From positions 4,402,001 through 4,466,000 of the forward strand of contig MU058213.1 in NCBI GenBank assembly GCA_013265495.1: a stretch of 64,000 bases of DNA, written 5' to 3'. The translations under genes were made by a program, and so were the position numbers. The stretch is from Vicugna vicugna. Its lineage: Eukaryota. Below the pieces are notes generated by a model. The model was not told the origin of the DNA. It ran no database searches and was given only the letters and a program-made list of their open reading frames with translations. Within the stretch, counting starts at the first letter, position 1, and each line of letters starts with the position of its first letter. Of the stretch, positions 54,861-64,000 are shown piece by piece.

Positions 54861-56317
54861 CCAGTCTGGGAGAGACCACACTAGTAGAACACCTCACTTT
54901 GAAAGAGATTCCAGAGGTTCAGGGGTACTCCTATATAGACTCCCTTTTTGCCTAAGAGTAATTAGTCCTGGAGGGATTTAAGAGAATTAGTTAGAATTGC
55001 TTAAGAGAGATGCCAAGTTTTCAGAAGACGGAGAGGGGAAAAATGTTTGATTGGGATTTGATCTTGAAAATTAAAGCTAAAATTAGAAAATAATATTAAC
55101 AAAACAAACAGTTTATATTATCCACTAGATCTTGAGTGAACGAAGAATTGTTAAGTTTTTTGGTATTTTTTTTCTTCAGAAAATTGTATGGCAATATAGA
55201 AATGCCTTACTTCACATTTGAACTTTGTTGATTTTCTCTTCAGTTATTAACCACTCTAATTGTTAGGTTCTAATATATCAGTGGCTTTTGTGTTTGGTTA
55301 AATGATTCTTTAAAATCACTTTCAAGGACTTTGTGGAATTTTTAGTCTCTTGCAGGATGTTCAACTTTCATTGAATTTCTTTTGTATTTACTTTGTATTA
55401 TGCGTTATTCAGCAGAGATTGACCGACAGTGCCATTGACTCAGGCCTGATATAGACATACTGTCTGTAATATTTAACTGGTTTTTTTTTTTTCCTCTAAG
55501 TTATCTGGTCATTAGTGAATGTTTTCATCAGAGCACAACATTGGCTTAACTCTGCAACCTTGCAAACAGGTATCTCCAGAGATTCATATAAGGAGGGTCA
55601 CCTTTATTTTTATTTGTTTACCCAATCCATTTGCCCCTTGTCACTCATCTGAATGCTCTCTGGTCAATAGTAATCACTGATCTTCATAGTGGGTCAGTGG
55701 CATAGATCTGACAAATGGTTCTTCCTTGAATCTTCCCATTGCTTGTGTCTGATTCTCACCAAGTGAAGATTTTCTGTTTCCAGCTTGTAGTGGGGTAAAT
55801 GACAGGGGCTGTGCTGCTTGGTTATTAGACAACAAGGGAATGATTTTTTTCATTAAGGAACTTTCGTAAGCCTGACAGTTTTCCTTGATGTGTATAATCT
55901 CAGAACCACACAGTTGAAAATTTGGGGCACTGTTTTGATTAGGAAAAGTCCTAGAGCAGCATTATGAGACCATACCTCCCATGTGGTAGTATTTCAGATT
56001 CACTACTTCTGGTTATAATAATGTCTTTATTATTTACTATAGGTGTTTTGTTAAAAATAAATACTATTTTTTAAAAATGCTATTTAAGTATTAACTAAAA
56101 TTCTCATAGAATATTTGAGCTGGAATGCATCTTAGCTGAAAGTCATCTAGCTCAGTGATTCTCAATTGGGAATGCTGAAAATTGTGTACTTGTCATAAAG
56201 GTGGAAGTTGGGAGAGATACAGTTGGTACTCCTCATACCTTGGAAACTCTGGAACGGTTTTCAAAGTGAAGAGTTAGTACTAACTTGGTTAGTGGTCACA
56301 GTGTTTTATGCAAATTT

Positions 56318-56353
56318 TTTAAATTTATTTTTATTGAAGTGTAGTTGATTTAC
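56318..56353 (-). mobile_element. Ultra-short 5'-truncated L1 3' end (36 bp) with TSD
   Basis: tttaaatttatttttattgaagtgtagttgatttac flanked by tatgcaa(a/g)ttt at 56307-56317 and 56354-56364. Confidence 0.65.
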
Positions 56354-57064
56354 TATGCAAGTTTCAATTAGCCACCAAATAAAAGTGAATTTTTTTTTAA
56401 ATTTGAAAGCATATCCTGTATTGCTTTGGTTTAAATTGTAGAGTGTTTTTGTTTGAAGGTATTCACATGGTATTCTTCCTTTTGTTGTGTAGGTTTTGTA
56501 CTGTGTTCTGTTACTTAATAAGCCTCACATTTCAAGTGAAGCCCGTCAAGACTGTTGCTTGAGTGTCAATCCACCATTTTTGTAATTACCTTCATTTCTC
56601 AGTTTCTTTCTTTTTTTCTTAGAAGATTCATTCTTTGGTTTTCATAGTTCACATTTTCCATGATCCCCAGGTTGGGTTTTTGTTGTTGTTATTTGGGATT
56701 TTAGATTTTTAAGAACAGTAGAATTTGCCGTTCTCACTGTATTTTAGGGCTTTGTGATATGTATGTGGCTGTACTTTTTTGTAATACTGTCCTCTTGAAA
56801 AATATTTTGTAGCTATTGGCATATGCATGGTGTAGTGTGGTGAAGTATGTAACAGTCAGTCTTAAATTACATACTTGTTTTTCACTTTGAGAATACCTCT
56901 GGAGGGTTGTCAGACACCTCAGATTGTGTGAAATTTCTAGGGAGTCACAATTAAATGGGAGTAGAGTTCAAAGCCACTTTACAGCAAATTAAATCAATTA
57001 GTTTATTTATAGTCATAAATTTTACAATTTCTGTTACATGTTTTTCTACACTGATCCCCGAGAT

Positions 57065-57263
57065 CAGGGATCAGCAAACTTTTTTTGCAAAAAGTCAGCT
57101 AGCAAATAGTTCAGAGTTGCAGCCCAGAAGACAGAATTAGTGATATTATGTAGGTACTTATATAACCATTTAAAAATGTGAAAAACTATTCTTAGCTCAT
57201 GGGCTATAAAAATAACAGTTGGTCGCCTGGATTAGCTCTACAGGCTGTAGTTTGCCAATCTTG
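57065..57263. mobile_element. MER58B/C-like hAT DNA transposon (internally deleted)
   Basis: Terminal inverted repeats cagggatcagcaaact / agtttgccaatcttg; internal aaaatgtgaaaaactattcttagctcatgggcta. Confidence 0.75.
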
Positions 57264-58831
57264 TTCCAGATAATTTAACAAAAATACTTTAAACAGCCAA
57301 CACTCTCAGTTTTTTGAAGAGGTAATAAGTCATATGTGTGAAATTCTGTGGAACATACCAGGGTTGTTTTGTGTTGTTTTTTTTTTTTTTTAATATCCAG
57401 ACATGGTGATTGGTGGTTGTGGTGGTGGTGAATTATTTCTAAAATTTCCAGGGCTTCATTGCCTCTGTACAGAATGGTAAGTTACTTATTAGGTGAGTTG
57501 TTTTCCTGCTGTTTTGTCGTCAAATGTGATATTAATAGTTGGGTTTTTAGGCAAATGTCAGGTTTCCTTTATCTGAAATTCTGTTACTCCCTTAGGTTTC
57601 TGTAATCTGAAGTTTAAAAAAAAACTGCTTCTCAAAATAGTAATATAAAATTGTAGCTGTAGTGAATTGAGCCTACCACAATAGGAGAGGAAAAAGTGAA
57701 AACTAAGCAGCTTGGTGGATTTGTGGCAGTGGGGCTGTTCTACAGAGAGAGAGATCTTCAGGGACTCGCCTTGGAGAAGAGTCTAGAGAGAGAATCTGTG
57801 ATGAGGGGATAATGTGAGAATGGCACGATCATCTGAAAAGTGCTGTTGCTTTAGTGAGAGTCTGCGCTCCTAGCTTGGGAATCTCCCAAAGAGTGTGTGC
57901 TGTAAAAATACTGCATTCTCTAGGCTTAGGTCTGAACAGTTTTTGTAAGATAAATGTAAGTTATGGATTTTTGTTGCACTTTATAGAATATATATAAATT
58001 TTTTCATGTGCAGTGCTTAATGTTGTGTGGTTGAGAAAATTTCAAATTTGATATACTATTCATCTTCACAGTTAAGGCTCTCTTTCACATGAAAGATTTA
58101 AGAAAACATAGTGCTATATTTGTTATGTGATAATTTTTATAAATGTTTTCTTTCTCAGGTTTTCATAAAATGAAATATGCTCACACCGAAGAATTCTCAT
58201 CCACTTTTTATTTTCCTTTCATACAGGCTAATGGTTTCAGGGAAATTGAATTATGCAGTCATTTAGTGACAACATTAAATGCAGAATGTTTTTACTCTTG
58301 TGTGTGTGCATGTGCTTGTGTTTAGATAAGATAGGAGCACATTAAATATAAGCTTTTGTTTTAATTCATTTTACAGTAAGATTTCAAACAGATGCCTTCT
58401 TTAAAAAATTGTAAGTATTTAGGTGTTTTACAAAGAAAGTACTGGCATTAGGAATAGGTGTCTGCTTGTAACTTACTTTTCCCTAGAGATACTGGAGGGG
58501 TATACGTATATATGCACTTACAATTTGTGTGTTGTTATGTGTATCCTCTATATCCACTTACATCTTTTTGAAAAGAATATCCCTGATTCCTTTGGTCAGC
58601 TTTATTGCAGTGAACAGTTTTAGAACACTGCAGGTCATCTGAACTTCCCAACTCCTTAGTTTATAAAATGTGCTTTAACTTTCCAATTGACCCTGGTACG
58701 TCTATTAGAAGGCAAACAGTGCCCCAAACATACCTATGAAGATAAATTTATATACTCATTTTAAAAAGTACATTGTGTCTCTATGTAGCTCCACCAGTAA
58801 GGAATTTAACCTAAGGATGTAAAGGAAAATG

Positions 58832-59585
58832 TATGCTGGGAATGTAAAATGGTACAGCCATTCTGGAAGATATCTTGGCAGTTCATTACATAACTAAAAT
58901 GCAATTACAACTCAGTAATTGCACTCATTTATCCCAGAGAAATGAAAACTTACTTTCCTACAAAAACTTAAACATGAATGCTTACAGCACTTTTATTCAT
59001 ATTAGCTAAAACTGGAAACTATCCAAATGGCCCTCACTGGGTAAATGGTTAAACAAACTGTGGTACACTCATAACATGAAATCCTATTCAGAAGTGAAAA
59101 GTAATGAACTATTAATCAATGCACCAGTTTAGACTGATCATGAGTGAATTAGGCTGAGGGAAAAAAGCCACTCTCACAAGATTACATAATGTATGGTTCT
59201 GTCTATATAGTATTCTTGAAATGGCGAAATTATATTATTGAGAACAAATTGTTGGTTGCTAGCGGTTAAGGAGACAGGTGGACGTGGTTATAAAGGGACA
59301 ACAGAAGGGATCCTTGTGCTGATGGAACTGTTTGGTGTTGTGATTGTGGTGGTGGACACATGAACCTACACATGTGATAAAATTGTATAGAACCAACCAC
59401 ACACGTGTGTGCATACAAATTTTAAAACAACTGAGGAAATTTGAATAAGATTGTAGCAATGTCAGTATCCCTGTGATATTACAAGATGGAGGAAATTATG
59501 TAAAGGGCACAGAGGATCTCTCCATTATTTCTTATAACTGCATATAAATCTACAATTACCTGAAATGGAAAGTTTAATTAAAAAG
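58832..59585 (+). mobile_element. L1MC-like 3' end, sense orientation
   Basis: gctgggaatgtaaaatggtacagccattctggaaga...gaagggatccttgtgctgatggaactgtt...aactgcatataaatctacaatta + A-rich end. Confidence 0.85.
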
Positions 59586-62500
59586 TATGTATACAAATAG
59601 ATGACTGAATATGTAAAGAAATTAACTGAAGGAAATATAGGAGAATATAGGAATTATAGGAGAATTGGTTAGGAAATACAGAAGGGAAGAAAAGGGCTCA
59701 GGGATGTGCAGAGATTATTTCTCTAGAAACATTTATAATGGAAATTTAGACCAAACTAGTCGCCCTTGTGGCCTATTAAATCACTGAAAATCTGTGTATT
59801 TCTAAGGCAGGAATGTCTCTTTAACTTTTATTTTTAGGAAACTGCAATTCTAATAGGTAATACTAGCAAGTAAGAGGAAGAGTCTGTCAACACTTGTCCT
59901 TCTCTTTGTGTGCACAGCACTTTTGTACCTTTGGAGTGGGAAACATCAAAGGCCAGAATCCTTATATGTGTTCTTAAGTACATCAACAACTTGGAAACAT
60001 TTAAAAAGCAAGATAATCTGTATTTCAGAATTAAGTATTTACATGGAAAAATATTAGCAAGAGGGGTTGGGGTCAGAGAGAGATAGTAAGCATGTCAAAG
60101 AAAAATATAGAATGTCCTAAAGTTAATTTTTTTAGTGATAAACATCACCTAGAGCTGATCTTTGTCACCATTCTTTCCCCAAGGCACAAAGTAGAACAAT
60201 GCAACAACAGATTTTGACTGGGCCTGTCCTCAATTTTACTTGAGTGAGAAATAAGTTTTGAGGTTTAAATTGACTGCCATTTATAATCTCTATTAGATGT
60301 GAAAAATTCCCTTCTCGCTTCTAAAATGCTAATGCTACTTATGAGACTCTTCCCCAGTTTCCAGTGTTTCACTAGTCATAGGAAGCTGGCTCTGGAGGAA
60401 GAGTTTGAGAATCCACGTGAGGCTCTTCTGATCATCTCTGGGGTTAGGTGTTTTAGGCAAACAACTCCTTAGAGGGAGTTCTGAGTTTCAGTCTCTTGAG
60501 GTAATCGTGGGGGAGAACTGAGGATGGTTCTTGGAAATAGAGTTGAGAAAAACATCAGTAGGCTAATTCATAACTTCCCCTTGGATATTTAAAGATTCTC
60601 TGTAATTTGTCAAAACTTTTTCTAAGCTTTAAAAGAAGTCTTATTTTAAATATATGTAGAAAGAGCCAAAAATAAATTTTCAAAAACTTGCCTCTTTGTT
60701 GACAAAAATGTTGCATCATTTATGAAAAACAAAGGCTGTACTTGTGGATCTTTAAAAATCATAATAAATTATGGTGCATTATTAATTTAAGGCTTTTAGA
60801 AATATTTTAAGAATGATAAGTATTAGAAATGTGGATGAGTCCTTGGGGGCAGATTTTTTGTATATGTGAAAGCTGAAGTAAAAACAAACCACCCCTTACT
60901 TAAAAAGAGGTTTAAGATGAAGTGGCTAAATCTCAAATTTCCCTTTTTGCTTCATTGTGTCAGTTAATCTAGCTGTGGGTTATATTTATCTACTGTGAAG
61001 TCCACTGATGCATGCAAAGCTGAGCAGAGTACAATTTTCCCCAGTGGGTCTCCTTTCTCTGGGTGTTTGTAGCTTCAGTGTGTGGGGTCAGCTGGGGAAA
61101 GCTTGAAGGGCTAAGATGTCAGCTCTTGTAAAAGAACTAAGATCCTATCTTAGAAAGGGAATGGGACAGCTGATCTTTAAAAAATTGTATTTCTTATTTC
61201 CTATAAAGCAGTTAGTTAGAAATATGTACAATGGTGATGATTATCAATATTGTAAATTGGACAGTCTGTTAAATTCTGTGCTATTTAAAGAATAATTCTG
61301 TAAATCTTTGTAATTAGCTTAGGCTTTTCTTTAAGGATATTAGAATTTTTATATCTCTTAACATTAAATGTTTTAACTTATATTTAGTTAATTTGAACCT
61401 TTGGCCTAGATTAAGTATTAACTAGTTAAACTAGTTCAGATTATTTATCTTCCTATTGTCTAATATAGTGTTTTACTCTTTTTGAGATGAATGTTAAATA
61501 CTGTTGTATATTTCAAATGAATAGAAATTGTCAAAAGTACCTTAACTTGGCTTTCTAACTTTTTTATTAAAAATGTTAGTTTAAAGTTATGAGATTTATT
61601 TGATGTTATTACTCATTTAAATCATTTACATGTTATCATAAATCAAAATTGGTTTTCAGTCAATCATTAGGAATTCCTACTCAAAGTAAATGCACATATA
61701 AGGTATCTAGAAAGCATTAATTTGTGAAGGAGCATAATTAGAGAGGCTAGCTATAATGGCCATCAAGCTACATGTAATGGATTGAATAATATTTTAATTC
61801 AAGATCCATATTTCTAATGAGAAAATACGGAGATCATAGGAAACCAGACTTTGGAAATTTGGAAAAAGTAAAGATAACTCCTAAATTATCCAGCAAGTTA
61901 TAAAGATATAGCTTTCTCAGCCTGCATACTTATGCTAGCATAACAATATTTATCTGATAAGTGTTAATGGGTTGCCTCGAAAGATACGATTCTAAGGGTC
62001 AATAAAGCACACGGTAGGAAAAATTTATTTAACATGATCAGTCTGGGTTCAAAAAAATCAAGACTTTATTCATCTGATTATTTAGATTTAATTTTACAGA
62101 ATTTTGTTTTGAAACATTATAAGTGCACATTGTCAGGAAAATGGATCATTCTTTTGCCTTTGAAAACATGGGCAGAATAGACTAGCATCACAAGTGGTGT
62201 GAAACTATAAGAAATCTTCTTGTTCTTACCTCAGTTGCATAAGTGTTGCCTTTTTTGCTCTTTGACGTTTGAGTGTATTACCCTGTCAGAAGCTTAGTAC
62301 TTGGGAAAATGATTATGGTTGGCAGTGACCCCAAGGTGCTTATCAGCTACTGGAAAAGATATAGGCTGTTTAACCTACTGTAATTTTTACATGAATTATT
62401 ACAATTTTATGTGGAGATAGTGGTGATATGGGTGGGGTGGAAAGAACTTTTGTAAGTGTTGTTAGGATGCATGAATTTCTCTCAAAACTGGTTCTTGTTT

Positions 62501-63799
62501 GGCAAAATCTCAGCATTGATTCTTCCCATTCTTCCCAAGTAGACAGTGCTGTTGGTTTCATAATATACTTGGTTGAGTTTTAAGTTGTCTTATATTTTTG
62601 TCCTTTATGTCTTGCACTAGTAAGTGCATATTGAATAAATGAATGAATAAAGCAGTTACGTATTAAACTCAAAACTAAAATGAGGGTTTTTTAATGCAAA
62701 GAGGAAAGAAAATTGAAATTAACCTGAAGCATCTTCATTTTGCTTTGTTTATATTTATATTGCATGACAGTAAAAATAAAACAATTCTCAAACAATTAAA
62801 CATCTGACTGAGCTTCGGTTTAGTCTGGGAATACTTTCAGCTTTCAGATTTGTTCTATTTCTGTGGTTTTAAAAGATAAAGATTCTTTGGGTATCCACTT
62901 ATTTCAGAGGGTAAGTAATGGATTTTCACTCTTTCTTTAATTGGAAAAATTAAAGAACGTCAAAGGTTAAATGCTCTTGAAAATTGTATTTTGGTCCCTA
63001 TTGATATTGATCAACTTTAATACATTTCATTCAGATGTTTATAGAATAGTTATATAAACAAATAAAATAGAAATGTATTCTATTCTAGATGTTAGCATCT
63101 AATCAAGGTAAATAAAAATTCTACAATTTCTAAGTTTTCAACATCAAAATATGATTTTGTAGTTATTGTGAAATTAGCAGGGACATTGGTGACATTGGTA
63201 ACTTATAAGCAGCTGGCTGTGCTTACCTTCATACTGCCATGGAATCTGTTTTGAAAGTACTCAGAACCTGGTGGACATGTGGATTATATTGGGAGAAGCT
63301 GTGACTAGTAAAAATGACTTAGCAGATCTGTAAGCAAATTCTTAGAAAAGGCTGGTCTGTCTATTTTTGCCTAAATTTTAATTTTGTCTCATTGCCTTAT
63401 ATTCTACAGGTGATTGGTTAGGGTTAATAAGCGTAATCTGTTGGAATGTTAATGTGTTATTAAAACTTAGTCAAGTTGGATTGTTTAATTCCTGGCAGAC
63501 AAGTTTTAATTGAGGGAGAAGGGAATTCAGTCATTTTGAAGTGTGATGTACTGAGGATGACAAATCACTGCCAGGATTTACAGTAAAGATTTGAGCACCC
63601 TGGGTACCAGGAGAGCAGGGGGATGCTAGGTAATAGGAGAGGGTTATACGGTGAGAGGTAAGAAGAAAACAAAGATATGCTTCTTCCCTCTGTACTCAAA
63701 GAGGAGGAAGAAAATGCCATTTTTCTTCTCTCCTGTTCAGTTCCCAGACTACCATTTACACAGGACCTTATTATGTTGGATTCTGTTCTAATTGTTTCT

Positions 63800-63900
63800 A
63801 TAGCATTGTCTCATTTAACCCTCAGGAAAAAATATATGAGATTGGTGGTGATATGTCTGTTTTACAGATGACAAAACTGAGGCACTGCAAGGTTAAATAT
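63800..63900 (-). mobile_element. MIR fragment
   Basis: tctcatttaaccctcag...gttttacagatgacaaaactgaggcactgcaaggttaa. Confidence 0.7.
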
Positions 63901-64000
63901 TTTCTTTTTTCTCTTTTTTTCAAACTTTTTTTTATTGAGTTATAGTCATTCTACAATGTGTCAAATTCCAGTGTAGAGCACAATTTTTCAGTTATACATG
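63901..64000 (-). mobile_element. Young camelid-type L1 3' end, running off the window
   Basis: Poly(T) then ttattgagttatagtcattctacaatgtgtcaaattccagtgtagagcacaatttttcagttatacatg. Confidence 0.8.

Overview
AT-rich, CpG-depleted mammalian DNA, probably camelid (inferred from a tRNA-derived SINE at 27.3 kb and the L1 3' ends). The whole window lies inside TCF12 (HEB, class I bHLH E-protein) on the + strand. It holds two short coding exons, 18006-18079 (74 nt) and 48592-48694 (103 nt), which correspond to human exons 4 and 5 and are separated by a 30.5-kb GT-AG intron. The introns carry a full-length antisense LDHA processed pseudogene (14973-16660, 11-bp TSD, several disabling lesions) and an unidentified ~320-bp polyadenylated antisense insert with a TSD. 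They also contain a camelid-type SINE, many L1/L2/MIR fragments, an MLT1 solo LTR nested in an old L1, and hAT-Charlie/MER remnants. Most ORF-track entries are chance or repeat-derived. I see no convincing new biological system; the best leads are retroposition and mutation-mechanism oddities plus speculative TCF12 isoform ideas. Repeat names come from recalled consensus similarity, not a search, and their boundaries are approximate.
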